Program-made: the position numbers and the translations under genes
In this document: piece by piece, positions 27,780-38,695 of the stretch
Layout of the letters: every line of letters starts with the position of its first letter
How positions within the stretch are numbered: position 1 is the stretch's first letter
NCBI GenBank assembly: GCA_965249135.1
Contig: OZ252220.1
Coordinates: forward strand, 1,984,001 to 2,048,000
From: Alphaproteobacteria bacterium
GTDB lineage: Bacteria; Pseudomonadota; Alphaproteobacteria; GCA-2746255
Length of the DNA: 64,000 bases
Direction of reading: 5' to 3'
The notes under the pieces: model-generated
Database searches by the model: none
What the model was told of the DNA's origin: nothing
What the model saw: the letters and a program-made list of their open reading frames with translations, nothing else

Positions 27780-28970
27780 TCACTCTCTGTTCTTGGTCGT
27801 TGAAGTTTTGCAGCTGCTTTCCGGCTCATCGTAACCCAGGGTATCGAGCGTGGTTTCGGGATGCAGGAAACCTTCTTGGGGGGCGGTCGCCACCAGGGCC
27901 TTCGGTGCGGCAAGCAGGATCGGCTGCCGCAGCTGTCGATTCCATTGGCGGAAGGTAAGTTTCCGACCCTTGAAGCCCTGCAGGGCGAAGCTCTCATCCA
28001 GGAGGTGATGGCGGATCGCCCTGAATTCGACGGACTGCGTTCGCGTTGCCGCTTCTCCGATGGCCCGTACGGAAAGCCAGGCTGCGTAATCGATCGCCCG
28101 CATTGGGCGGCCGGTTAGTTTCCTGAAGCGCCGTTGGAGTTGGGTGGCGCCCCATTGCTCATGCGCATGGTGCCAGGCCGTTGGCGTCAATCCCTGTGTG
28201 CCGGCGGTTGGTCGAGGCTCCCAACTGCGGTATGCGAAATATTCACCGAAATCGCCGCGTTCGTCGGCAAGGATTAGGATGTCATAATCCACCCCTTGTG
28301 TGAATACCGGCACCTCGGCCTGCGCCGTTCGCCTGGCGTCATGAGTATAGGTCCAGTTTTTTTCCGCGACGATACGGCCACCGAAGCGATCGGCAGCCCG
28401 CTTAACGGCTTCGGCAAAGCGCATGTCCGCCTTGCTGGGACCGACGACAAGAAACCATCGCGACCAACGTTTACGAATGAGGTATTGCGCAAGGGCATCC
28501 GCCAGCATTGCGCGGCTTGGAAATATATGGAGAAGGTTTGGCCGACACGAACCATTCCGCAAAGCATCGTCCGGCGCACTGGCGTTATAGAGAAGTACAT
28601 CCTTCGCCTCCGGTAGGTCTGCAATCTTGAGAAGCGTGTCTGCGGGAAGATGTGTCACGATATGACGAACGTTGGACGTGACGAGGTCGTGAAACGCGGC
28701 TAACGGATCGCCATCTATCGGTACGACGACTTCTTCAAGCTGGAAATCCTGTTTCAGGAAACTTCCCGTCGTATCGTTATCCCGAAGGGCAAGACGGGCC
28801 CCTTGCATACCAAGATCGCCGGGTTCCGTCTCAAGATTCGAAAGTGCCGGCGGCGCCTCCCTTTCCATCGTTAGAAAGGCAATGCGGACCGTTGCCATAC
28901 CCGTTTTTTCGGCAAAGGCGTGATTTCCAGCAATCGCCAGAGGCAGCAAGCACCACGCCAAGACGGCCAA
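27780..28970 (-). CDS. ABC substrate-binding protein, PQQ-ADH-associated (start uncertain)
   Basis: DNDTTGSFL, PSRAMLADALAQYL, HEQWGATQLQ, QLRQPI, LDTLGYDEPESSC. Confidence 0.88.
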   Translation of the reverse strand: MAVLAWCLLPLAIAGNHAFAEKTGMATVRIAFLTMEREAPPALSNLETEPGDLGMQGARLALRDNDTTGSFLKQDFQLEEVVVPIDGDPLAAFHDLVTSNVRHIVTHLPADTLLKIADLPEAKDVLLYNASAPDDALRNGSCRPNLLHIFPSRAMLADALAQYLIRKRWSRWFLVVGPSKADMRFAEAVKRAADRFGGRIVAEKNWTYTHDARRTAQAEVPVFTQGVDYDILILADERGDFGEYFAYRSWEPRPTAGTQGLTPTAWHHAHEQWGATQLQRRFRKLTGRPMRAIDYAAWLSVRAIGEAATRTQSVEFRAIRHHLLDESFALQGFKGRKLTFRQWNRQLRQPILLAAPKALVATAPQEGFLHPETTLDTLGYDEPESSCKTSTTKNRE

Positions 28971-29188
28971 TCCCCGCCTCCAGTGCGATAACCCAGTGAT
29001 TTTTTTACGTTTTATCAGGAATTCCTCCAGATGATCGGATTGTCGAAAAGGAATCTGCCGCCGTCAAGGCCATCTCCGTCCCGTACTTGGCCTTGAGGGA
29101 TCAAAGTGGAAGCGAGTCTTTCGGAATGGATGCGGAATGGGCTAGCTTATCCAAGGGTAATACCCCTGTTCTCCAGGGCGAAGAAGGC

Positions 29189-32100
29189 ATGTTAGAGAAA
29201 ACCCAACAAGCACAAACGACCCTCATTGATAGCGTCGTTCAGGCGGCGGCGAAGAAAAAAGAAGGCGGAAAAAATACCTCGCTGGGAAAGTTTATCCGTC
29301 TTTATTTTTCGAACGTTTCGCCTGTGGACCTGGCTGGTTGTTCCATTGACGAACTTTGTTGTGCGGCACTCTCTGTCTGGCGCTTAGGTCAGGAACGCGC
29401 CCCTTGCGAGGTGCGGATTAGGACTTTCAATCCAGACCGTAAAAAAGACGGATGGGAATCCTCACACACAATCATTGAAATCATCAACGACGATATGCCG
29501 TTTCTCGTCGATTCCCTGACGATGGAACTCAACCGTCATGGACTCACGGTGCACCATATCATCCATCCAGTTTTCGAGGTTAAACGTACGAAAGCTGGAA
29601 AACTTTCTCGGATTGATGGACTCGAGGATGGCGGTGACAAAACGACCCGTGAATCCTTCATGCACATCGAGATCGATCAGCAAACCGCGCCCGATTTCCT
29701 AAAGCGCCTTAAAGAAGGGCTGACAAGTGTTTTGGAAGATGTACGGTTTTCAGTCGAAGACTGGATGCCAATGCGCAACCAGATGAATGCGATTATCGAC
29801 GAGCTTAACCAAAAGCCGCCTCCCTTGCCGGCGCACAAGGTTGCCGAGGGAATCGCCTTCCTTCAATGGCTGCTCGACAATCACTTTTCTTTTCTTGGGT
29901 ATCGTGAATACAGCTTGGTGGAGGAGGGGGGGAAGGAATATGTACGCCCGGTTTCCGAATCTGGGCTTGGAATCCTTCGGAAGATGACGCCGGAAGCAAT
30001 TGCCCATAGCGAGCAGGCCCTTCGCCCGGCAATCCAGCGCTTCGCTCACAAGAAGGCCTTGTTGATTGTTACGAAGACAAACGCACAGGCCACTGTCCAT
30101 CGGGCGGCCCATATGGAGTATATCGGGATCCGGGTCTTTGATGCGGATGGCAACGCAGTGGGCGAGATGCGATTCCATGGTCTTTACACTTCCACCGCCT
30201 ATAGCCGAAGCCCGAGAGAGATCCCAATTCTTCGCGACAAGGTTGCTGCCACGCTTGAACGGGCCGGTTTCCTTCCCGCCAGTCACAGTGGAAAGGCGCT
30301 ACTCCACATTCTTGAGACCTATCCGCGGGATGAATTATTCCAAATCTCAAAGCCCGAGCTTCATCGGATCAGCACTGGAATACTCGCCCTTCAGGAGCGT
30401 CGGCGCGTAGCCCTTTTTACCCGCCATGACGTGTTCCAACGTTTCGTTTCCTGTCTCGTTTACCTTCCACGGGACATTTTCGACACCGAATTACGCGAGC
30501 GCATACAGAAGGCTCTTGAGGAATCCTACAAAGGCGAGATGACCGACTACTACACGCAGGTCGGCGATCCGGCCCTTGCTCGTCTTCTATTCATTATTCG
30601 AAGCACGCCCGGGAAGGCTTCAAAAGTTAACGATGCCGATGTTGAACAACGGCTGATCGTGATCGCGCGCTCCTGGGAAGCGGATCTTCGAGAGGTATTG
30701 ATTGAAAGTAGTGGAGAAGAGAAGGGCTTAAGCCTGCTCCGAAAATATGAAAAGGCTTTTCCGCCTTCCTATCGTGAGCATTTCGATACCGGCGCTGCGG
30801 TTGGCGATATAGAGAAAATTTCGAACGTGCTCACAACCGGCGAGCTTGACCTCGATCTTTACCGGCAGGAAGGCGAGGCAGGCAACCAACTAAGATTCAA
30901 GATTTACAATCCCAGTGTACCCGTACCGCTCTCGGATGCCTTGCCCATGCTTGAGAATATGGGGCTTCGTGTTATTGGCGAAGTTCCATTCCAGATTACA
31001 CCGAAGGATGCCGAACCCGTCTTCATTCATGATTTTCGGATGGTGACGCAAGACGGGAGTGAAATTTCACTCGAAAAGGTCAAAGAGAATTTCGAAGAGG
31101 CGTTCCAACAGGTCTGGTGCGATCATGTCGAGGATGATGTTTTCAATCGTTTGGTTTTAATTGCCGGCCTCACCTCACGGGAAGTCGTTATCCTCCGTGC
31201 CCTACATAAATTCCTTCGTCAGATTGGTATTCCATTCAGCCTGGCTTATATGGGCGAGACGCTGGCAAGCAATGCGCATATCGCGCGTATGATCGTTGAA
31301 TTGTTCGCGGCTCTTTTTGATCCGAGGAATCGCAAGCGAGCGGAAGTTCGTACTGTGAAGCTTCGCAATGAAATTGAAGAAGCATTGGACAAGGTTCCGA
31401 ATCTTGATCAGGATCGAATTCTTCGGCGGTTTCAGAACCTCGTCGAATCGACTTTGCGCACAAACTATTTTCAACGGGACGCGGAAGGGGAGCCGAAAAC
31501 TTACGTTTCCTTCAAATTCGCCAGCCAATGCATTGAAGGCCTGCCATTACCGCGGCCGATGTATGAGATTTTTGTATATTCACCGAGAATGGAGGGGGTG
31601 CACCTTCGTGGTGGTCCAGTCGCTCGTGGTGGTATTCGCTGGTCGGATCGGCGCGAGGATTTTCGAACCGAAATATTAGGCTTGATAAAAGCCCAGATGG
31701 TGAAGAACGCCATCATCGTACCGGTTGGCGCAAAGGGAGGTTTCGTGATCAAACGCCCGCCGACGGAAGGTGGGCGTGAGGCGCTGATGACCGAGGTCGT
31801 CGCCTGTTACAAAACGCTCATCCGGGGCATGCTGGACATCACGGACAATCTCAAGGGCGATCAGGCCATTCATCCGTTGGAGACGCTCTGCAAGGATGGG
31901 GCGGATCCGTATCTGGTGGTTGCCGCCGATAAAGGGACGGCAACTTTTTCCGATACCGCGAACGAGCTTTCGCAAGATTACGGCTTCTGGCTTGGGGATG
32001 CCTTCGCCTCCGGCGGGTCACAAGGCTACGATCATAAGAAGATGGGCATCACGGCACGTGGAGGCTGGGAATCCGTCAAACGCCACTTCCGTGAAATTGG

Positions 32101-34030
32101 TATTGATACCCAACAGACGGATTTTACCGTCGTCGGGGTGGGGGACATGTCCGGGGACGTCTTCGGTAATGGAATGTTGCTATCCGAGCACATTTGCCTC
32201 CTCGCCGCCTTCAATCACCTGCATATCTTCATCGACCCCGAGCCGGATGCGGCCAAGAGTTTTCAGGAACGCAAACGGCTTTTCGAAACGCCACGTACGA
32301 CTTGGCTTGATTACGATGCGAAGTTGATCTCAAAGGGAGGCGGGGTCTTCGATCGCTCGGCGAAATCCATCAAGCTTTCCCCGGAGATCCAAAAGCGATT
32401 CGGGATTTCGTCCGCAAGTGTTACACCGAACGATTTGATTCTTAACCTTTTACGTGCGGAAGCGGACTTGCTTTGGTTTGGCGGCATCGGAACCTATGTG
32501 AAGGCGGCCAGCGAAAACAATCTCGATGCCGGCGATCGTGCAAACGATGCGCTTCGGGTAGATGGAAAAGACCTTCGCTGTAAAGTCGTGGGCGAAGGGG
32601 CAAATCTTGGCATTACACAATTGGGACGGATTGAGTATGCCTTGGCAGGAGGACGTCTTAATACCGACTCGATCGATAATTCCGCGGGCGTGAACTGTTC
32701 CGACCACGAAGTCAATATCAAGATTTTACTAAACGAAACCGTAGCAAGAAAAAAGCTTACGGAACGCCAGCGCAACAGTCTTTTGGCGCGCATGACGAGT
32801 GAGGTTTCCAACCTCGTGCTCCGAGACAACTACTTGCACACGCAGGCCATCACATACGTCGCTTCGCGGGCCGGGGACCTTCTTGATCGTCAGGCGGGGT
32901 TGATCCGGATGCTGGAACGTCAGGGAAGGCTTGATCGTGAGATCGAGTTTTTTCCAAATGATGAGTCGATTGAAGAGCGACTCATGGCACGGCAAGGCTT
33001 AACCCGGCCGGAAATCTCCGTTCTCATTTCCTACGCGAAGAATTGGGTCTACAGCGAACTTCTAAATTCGGATCTACCCGACGATCCCATTCTTGCTGCC
33101 GATCTCGAGCGCTATTTCCCGTCACCTCTTCAAAAAGATTATGGGCCCGAAATTGCAAACCATCGTCTCCGCCGCGAGATCATTGCAACGCAGGTCACGA
33201 ATGGCATGGTAAACCGGATGAGTGGCGCCACCATTGCTCAATTGATCGAAAGCACAGGCATACCGCTTGGCGACATTGCGCGCGCCTATCTTATTACGCG
33301 TCAGGTATTTGGCTTTCTCGATATGTGGGAGCATATCCAGAAGCTCGATAACAAAGTCGATGCAAGCATACAGACGGAAATGTTCTGTTATATCGGACGA
33401 CTTACCGAACGGGGAACGCTCTGGTTCCTTCGAAACGGAAATCGGCCATTGACGATTGCGGGGCATCTCGAAGAATTCGAGTCTGGCGTTGTTGAATTTG
33501 TTGGATCCCTTAGGGAAATTTTGCCTGAAGAGGATCTTGAGGCAGTCGAAAAGCGAAAGGCGCACTACGTTTCGGCGGGGGTTCCGAAAAAACTAGCAGG
33601 CCAAGTATCGGCCATGGATTTTCTTGCGTCGGCCTTTGATGTGGTGTTGGCGGCTCAGGATTCCGGTCATACCGTAAAAGAAATCGGTGAGCTTTACTTT
33701 AAAATAGGCGTCGCCTTTGGTCTTGATTGGCTACGCATCGAGGGACAACGGATCATGCCGGAAAGCCACTGGCAGAAGGCGGCGATCGAGGCGATTCTGG
33801 ATGATTTATTCGGCCAGCAGGCGGCGGTCACATGTCGGATTGTCCGTGCCGGAAAAGGGGTTCCGCGTCTCGATGGCGTACTCGATTCGTGGATGTCGGA
33901 CCATAAACTCTCCGTAGAACGGACCCGCCAGCTTTTTAACGACATCCGTTCGGCAAGCGCGCTGCACAGCTTCGATCTTGCCATGCTGACGGTTGCAAAC
34001 CGTCAGGTGCGATCGCTCATCCAGGAATAG
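29189..34030 (+). CDS. gdhB: Large NAD-specific glutamate dehydrogenase
   Basis: About 1610 aa; DDMPFLVDS, VARGGIRWSDR, YLVVAADKGTATFSD, GVGDMSGDVFGNG. Confidence 0.95.
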   Translation: MLEKTQQAQTTLIDSVVQAAAKKKEGGKNTSLGKFIRLYFSNVSPVDLAGCSIDELCCAALSVWRLGQERAPCEVRIRTFNPDRKKDGWESSHTIIEIINDDMPFLVDSLTMELNRHGLTVHHIIHPVFEVKRTKAGKLSRIDGLEDGGDKTTRESFMHIEIDQQTAPDFLKRLKEGLTSVLEDVRFSVEDWMPMRNQMNAIIDELNQKPPPLPAHKVAEGIAFLQWLLDNHFSFLGYREYSLVEEGGKEYVRPVSESGLGILRKMTPEAIAHSEQALRPAIQRFAHKKALLIVTKTNAQATVHRAAHMEYIGIRVFDADGNAVGEMRFHGLYTSTAYSRSPREIPILRDKVAATLERAGFLPASHSGKALLHILETYPRDELFQISKPELHRISTGILALQERRRVALFTRHDVFQRFVSCLVYLPRDIFDTELRERIQKALEESYKGEMTDYYTQVGDPALARLLFIIRSTPGKASKVNDADVEQRLIVIARSWEADLREVLIESSGEEKGLSLLRKYEKAFPPSYREHFDTGAAVGDIEKISNVLTTGELDLDLYRQEGEAGNQLRFKIYNPSVPVPLSDALPMLENMGLRVIGEVPFQITPKDAEPVFIHDFRMVTQDGSEISLEKVKENFEEAFQQVWCDHVEDDVFNRLVLIAGLTSREVVILRALHKFLRQIGIPFSLAYMGETLASNAHIARMIVELFAALFDPRNRKRAEVRTVKLRNEIEEALDKVPNLDQDRILRRFQNLVESTLRTNYFQRDAEGEPKTYVSFKFASQCIEGLPLPRPMYEIFVYSPRMEGVHLRGGPVARGGIRWSDRREDFRTEILGLIKAQMVKNAIIVPVGAKGGFVIKRPPTEGGREALMTEVVACYKTLIRGMLDITDNLKGDQAIHPLETLCKDGADPYLVVAADKGTATFSDTANELSQDYGFWLGDAFASGGSQGYDHKKMGITARGGWESVKRHFREIGIDTQQTDFTVVGVGDMSGDVFGNGMLLSEHICLLAAFNHLHIFIDPEPDAAKSFQERKRLFETPRTTWLDYDAKLISKGGGVFDRSAKSIKLSPEIQKRFGISSASVTPNDLILNLLRAEADLLWFGGIGTYVKAASENNLDAGDRANDALRVDGKDLRCKVVGEGANLGITQLGRIEYALAGGRLNTDSIDNSAGVNCSDHEVNIKILLNETVARKKLTERQRNSLLARMTSEVSNLVLRDNYLHTQAITYVASRAGDLLDRQAGLIRMLERQGRLDREIEFFPNDESIEERLMARQGLTRPEISVLISYAKNWVYSELLNSDLPDDPILAADLERYFPSPLQKDYGPEIANHRLRREIIATQVTNGMVNRMSGATIAQLIESTGIPLGDIARAYLITRQVFGFLDMWEHIQKLDNKVDASIQTEMFCYIGRLTERGTLWFLRNGNRPLTIAGHLEEFESGVVEFVGSLREILPEEDLEAVEKRKAHYVSAGVPKKLAGQVSAMDFLASAFDVVLAAQDSGHTVKEIGELYFKIGVAFGLDWLRIEGQRIMPESHWQKAAIEAILDDLFGQQAAVTCRIVRAGKGVPRLDGVLDSWMSDHKLSVERTRQLFNDIRSASALHSFDLAMLTVANRQVRSLIQE

Positions 34031-34055
34031 ACCGGATGGGGATGACCGTTCCTCT

Positions 34056-35642
34056 TTAATGATGGAAGTGGCGCATGCCGGTGAACATCATCGCAAGCCC
34101 CTTCTCGTCGGCTGCCGCAATCACCTCTGAATCGCGCTTTGAACCGCCCGGCTGAATGACGGCGGTTGCTCCCGCCTCCGCCGCTGCAAGGAGGCCGTCG
34201 GCAAACGGAAAGAAAGCATCGGACGCAACGACGGAACCCTTGGCTAGGCTATCCGCCTCATTGGCTTGTTTCGCCGCCTCAGCCGCTTTGTGCGCGGCGA
34301 TGCGGGAGGAATCGACGCGACTCATTTGGCCCGCGCCGATCCCAACGGTCGAAAGGTCCCTCGCATAGACGATGGCGTTGGATTTGACATGCTTGGCGAC
34401 GGTAAAGGCAAAAAGGAGGTTGGCCACCTCGTCCTTTGTCGGTTCGCGCTTCGTTACCACTTGGAGATCGCCATTGTGGATTTGGCCGTTATCACGGCTT
34501 TGCAGGAGGAATCCGCTCGCCAGGTCACGGAAGACGATCCCCGCCTCGCCCAGATCCGGCATGCCGCCGGTGATCAGCACGCGTAGGTTCCTCTTCGCTC
34601 CCAGGATATTCCGTGCTGCCTCATCCAGGGCCGGCGCGATGACGACTTCTACAAAAAGCTTGGCGATTTCCTCCGCCGTCGCGACATCCAGGGGTCGGTT
34701 GACGGCGATAATTCCCCCGAACGCGCTTACCGGATCGCAGCGCAGGGCTTTCTCCCATGCAGTCCTCAGGTTTTTAGCTTCGGCAACCCCGCAGGGATTG
34801 GCATGTTTGATGATGGCGATGGCCGGCTCCTTGAACTCGGCAACCAGCTCAAAGGCGGCATCCGTGTCATTCAGGTTGTTGTAGCTGAGTTCTTTTCCCT
34901 GAATCTGTTTTGCCGTTGCTACGCCGGGACGGCTCGCACCATCGGTATAGAAGGCAGCCTTCTGATGCGGATTTTCACCGTAACGAAGCGTTTGCTGCAA
35001 TTCCCCGGAAAAAGTGACCCGCCGCGGGAAGAAATCCGAAAGCACGCCCGCGAACCAGTTGCCGATCACGGAATCATAGGCGGCGGTTCGTTGGTAGGCA
35101 TTCGTGGCGAGGCGATAGCGTAATTCCAGTGTCGTAGCACCCTTTGTCTCCTTCATTTCCGCCATTACCGCCTCATAGTCGATTGTGTCCACGACGACGG
35201 TGACGAAGGCATGGTTTTTTGATGCCGCACGTAGCAGTGCGGGTCCCCCGATGTCGATATTCTCGATGCAATCTTCGAAAGAGGCCCCTTTCGCAACCGT
35301 CGCCTCAAACGGGTAGAGATTGACGACCAAAAGGTCGATCGGCGCAATGCCGTGATTCTTTATTGCCTCCACGTGGGACGGGTCATCGCGTCGCGCGAGA
35401 AGCCCACCATGTATGAGCGGGTGAAGGGTTTTTACCCGACCATCCAGGATTTCCGGAAAACCGGTGTGGTCCGACACCTCGGTGACAGGAATGCCGGCCT
35501 CCCGCAGCTTTTTTGCGGAGCCACCCGTAGAAAGAATCTCTACTCCGAAATCCGCAAGGAAACGGCCGAATTCCTCCAGCCTGGTCTTGTCGGAGACCGA
35601 AATCAGCGCCCGACGGATGGGGATGAGATGAGGATCAGACAT
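34056..35642 (-). CDS. purH: AICAR transformylase/IMP cyclohydrolase
   Basis: [33 protein letters not shown]. Confidence 0.98.
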   Translation of the reverse strand: MSDPHLIPIRRALISVSDKTRLEEFGRFLADFGVEILSTGGSAKKLREAGIPVTEVSDHTGFPEILDGRVKTLHPLIHGGLLARRDDPSHVEAIKNHGIAPIDLLVVNLYPFEATVAKGASFEDCIENIDIGGPALLRAASKNHAFVTVVVDTIDYEAVMAEMKETKGATTLELRYRLATNAYQRTAAYDSVIGNWFAGVLSDFFPRRVTFSGELQQTLRYGENPHQKAAFYTDGASRPGVATAKQIQGKELSYNNLNDTDAAFELVAEFKEPAIAIIKHANPCGVAEAKNLRTAWEKALRCDPVSAFGGIIAVNRPLDVATAEEIAKLFVEVVIAPALDEAARNILGAKRNLRVLITGGMPDLGEAGIVFRDLASGFLLQSRDNGQIHNGDLQVVTKREPTKDEVANLLFAFTVAKHVKSNAIVYARDLSTVGIGAGQMSRVDSSRIAAHKAAEAAKQANEADSLAKGSVVASDAFFPFADGLLAAAEAGATAVIQPGGSKRDSEVIAAADEKGLAMMFTGMRHFHH

Positions 35643-35729
35643 GCAAGGGCTCAATTCCGAAGTGATGGACAATACGATGTTCGCTGGACGCGAGTGTGCA
35701 TGACCGACTTCCGAACGGCAACCACTCGC

Positions 35730-37667
35730 TTAGGATATGGATTCGCGGCTAACGGGACTTGAAACCGGGGCCGGCGCTACCCCCTCAAACTCTGGAACGA
35801 GTTTGTCGAGAAGCTCCCTTACATCATCTGTTTTACGAGCTTGGCAAAGCTCGGAAAGCTCATCGAAGCCACGGGCAAGGATTGCGTGGTCGGCCGTGCG
35901 CGGCGCGGCAAGCAGGATGCCTTTGTAAGCCGTTTCTATCAGCTCCTCCGAGGCATGGAAGAGTTCCTCGTTGAGCTTCTCGCCAGGACGAAGACCGGTA
36001 AATTCGATGTGAATGTCATCCCCGGGCTGAAGACCTGCCAGACGAATCATTTGTCGGGCCAAATCCTGAATGCGGATAGGTTCACCCATATCGAGAACGA
36101 AGATGCCGCCGTGTTCTTTCTCATGGGCGCCAAGAGCGGATGCTTGCAGCACGAGTTCGACTGCTTCTCGGACAGTCATGAAATAGCGGCTCACCTCCGG
36201 ATGTGTGACGGTTAAAGGCCCGCCATGTCGCAGCTGATGCTGAAAAAGTGGTACGACAGAGCCAGTCGAGCCAAGAACGTTGCCGAAACGAACGGTCAGG
36301 AACCGCGTGCCACTTCCACTCGTCGCGGAGGTCAGATCAAGCGATTGGCAATAGCTTTCCGCCAAGCGCTTCGTTGCCCCCATTACATTCGCCGGATTCA
36401 CAGCCTTGTCGGTGGAAACCATAACCATGGCCGTTACGCCTGCCTTGCGGCAGGTATCGGCCACGTTTCGGGTGCCAATGGCATTCGTTAGTACACCTTC
36501 AATCGGGTTTTTCTCGACCATCGGAACGTGTTTGAGGGCGGCCGCATGGAAAACGAGATCCGGAGTTTCGCGGGAAAAAACGATTGCGAGTCGTCCAAGA
36601 TCCCGCACGTCACCGAGGAGCGTGCTTCGCGAGAGTTCAGCATGTCGGCGAATGAGTTCCTGATCGATCTGGTAGAGGTTGAATTCGGAGTTATCGAACA
36701 GGGTTAAATGCGATGGCGTGTAATCGGAGATTTGTCGAACGAGCTCGGCACCGATCGTACCTCCTGCACCTGTCACCAAGACTCGCCGCCCGGCAATCAA
36801 TTCTCGCATGACATCCCGATCCAATACTGTCTGCGGCCGGCCCAACAGGTCCTCGATCGCAATGAGGCGGACCTCAAGGCCGTCACTATCCCCTCGGTGG
36901 AAATCCGTGATTTTTGGAATCCGCGACAGCGATATTCCAAGTTCATCGGCGATTTCAAGTAGTTCCCTTACTTTCGCGCCGTCCAGGTTCTGACGCGTCA
37001 GGATCAGGCGTTGAGGCCGCTCGCCCCTGCGTTCGAGCCGCTCGACAATATCGGGGAGCCTATCAGGGGTGCCCAAAACGGGGATGCCGCGAATATTTCG
37101 TCCGACCCGGCTACCCTTCTCATCGATGACGCCAATCACGCGGTAAGCGGCACCAGCCTCGTGATCGGTCGCGCGGATGAACATCTCCGTGCCTTCGCCA
37201 GTTCCGACCAGAAGAACGGGCACGCGCCGGTGTTGGTTTCGTTCCAACAGATAATCGAACTTACGATCCTTGGTCAGCCGATAGAGAAAACGCGGTCCTC
37301 CAAGAAGTGCCATAAGCACAAACCAATTAATCACAAGGAGCGAGCGCGGCAATGCTTCAAGGCGTGTCACCATGAACATGAGAGGTGTGAAAATCAGGAT
37401 CACAAGCGTTACAGCGCGTGTGATTGCAACAAGATCGTCAAGCGATGCATAGCGCCAGATGCCGCGATAAAGTCGCATCGACAAAAATATGCCGGCCGCC
37501 ACGGCAGTGAAGATTGCCGTTCCCTCGAACAGGAAGTCTTGGGAATATTCGAATAGCTTATTGCCCAACCGAAGGTGGAGCGAAATCAAAAATGACAACG
37601 CCGCCATGACGATGTCGTGGGTGAAGGCGACCCAAGGATGACTAATGCGGCGGAAGAAATCAGCCAT
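35730..37667 (-). CDS. Membrane-bound NDP-sugar 4,6-dehydratase (CapD/WbpM/PglF family)
   Basis: Four N-terminal TMs, GAGGTIG, HAAALKHVP, STDKAVNP, RFGNVLGS. Confidence 0.93.
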   Translation of the reverse strand: MADFFRRISHPWVAFTHDIVMAALSFLISLHLRLGNKLFEYSQDFLFEGTAIFTAVAAGIFLSMRLYRGIWRYASLDDLVAITRAVTLVILIFTPLMFMVTRLEALPRSLLVINWFVLMALLGGPRFLYRLTKDRKFDYLLERNQHRRVPVLLVGTGEGTEMFIRATDHEAGAAYRVIGVIDEKGSRVGRNIRGIPVLGTPDRLPDIVERLERRGERPQRLILTRQNLDGAKVRELLEIADELGISLSRIPKITDFHRGDSDGLEVRLIAIEDLLGRPQTVLDRDVMRELIAGRRVLVTGAGGTIGAELVRQISDYTPSHLTLFDNSEFNLYQIDQELIRRHAELSRSTLLGDVRDLGRLAIVFSRETPDLVFHAAALKHVPMVEKNPIEGVLTNAIGTRNVADTCRKAGVTAMVMVSTDKAVNPANVMGATKRLAESYCQSLDLTSATSGSGTRFLTVRFGNVLGSTGSVVPLFQHQLRHGGPLTVTHPEVSRYFMTVREAVELVLQASALGAHEKEHGGIFVLDMGEPIRIQDLARQMIRLAGLQPGDDIHIEFTGLRPGEKLNEELFHASEELIETAYKGILLAAPRTADHAILARGFDELSELCQARKTDDVRELLDKLVPEFEGVAPAPVSSPVSRESIS

Positions 37668-37744
37668 GTTACTCAGTATCTGACATATGGCTCACGGGCA
37701 GTATAACGGCCGGGGCCACACCGCGCATAGAGGCATTCCCCTGT

Positions 37745-38695
37745 TTATTTGGTCTTTCCTTGTGCTCGATACCAATGAACGGTTTTACGCAGGCCCGCAT
37801 CAAGGGAATCCGGCGGCCACCAGCGAAGGGTATCGTGGATATGTGTGCTACTCAATGTAAGGGAACCGAGAAGGCGACGCGCCAAATCCGTTTTCCCGAC
37901 CAGCTTAAGCGCGAATTCCAGAAATACCGGGGAAACCGGTAGCATATAGACTCGTTTTCCCATTTTTTCAGAAATTCCGATAGCAAGCTCCGGTGTTGAA
38001 ACATCCTCGCCGTCACTCACGAGAAAAGTTTCGCTGGCGGCTTTTGGATGTGTCAAACAACAGCAGATTGCACTCGCAAGATTATCAGCGCCGATCAAAC
38101 TTCGCCGATTGTGAATTCCGCTGAATGGGAGTGGAAGGCCCAGTTCGCAGAGGCGTAATAACTTAAGCAAATTGCCTTTCACGCCTGGCCCATAAACGAG
38201 TGGGGGGCGCAGAATAACCAACTCCATCGACGTTTCGCTAACCATCTCTCTTAATGCAATCTCTGCCTCCAATTTCGAAATGCCGTAGGGGTCTTTCGGT
38301 GCCGGGATATCTTCTTCCCGGTAAGGCTGCGGGCCTTCGCCATTGACCTTGATGCTGCTCAAAAAAACGAAGCGTTTGATTCCAGCCTTGATGGCTTGCT
38401 CGGAAAGACGGCGGCTGCCCTCGACGTTTACTCGGCGGTAGGTGGCCAGCGGGTCCACCGCTTCGTCTCGTAGGATGTGGACGCGTCCAGCAAGATGAAC
38501 GACCGCATCCATTCCATCCAACGCCGATTCCCATGACGTTTCCGGACCGATGTCGGCGATTTTCCGGATCGGGATTGTCGGGTCAAGCGAGTGAGTGTCG
38601 CGCACGGCGGCAACGACGTCGTGTCCGTTCGCAATCAGGGCCGGGCAAAGCGCCTGTCCGACCAATCCATTCGCCCCGGTTACCAGGATGCGCAT
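37745..38695 (-). CDS. NAD-dependent NDP-sugar epimerase/reductase
   Basis: GANGLVG, SSIKVNGE, YGISK, RPPLVYG. Confidence 0.9.
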   Translation of the reverse strand: MRILVTGANGLVGQALCPALIANGHDVVAAVRDTHSLDPTIPIRKIADIGPETSWESALDGMDAVVHLAGRVHILRDEAVDPLATYRRVNVEGSRRLSEQAIKAGIKRFVFLSSIKVNGEGPQPYREEDIPAPKDPYGISKLEAEIALREMVSETSMELVILRPPLVYGPGVKGNLLKLLRLCELGLPLPFSGIHNRRSLIGADNLASAICCCLTHPKAASETFLVSDGEDVSTPELAIGISEKMGKRVYMLPVSPVFLEFALKLVGKTDLARRLLGSLTLSSTHIHDTLRWWPPDSLDAGLRKTVHWYRAQGKTK

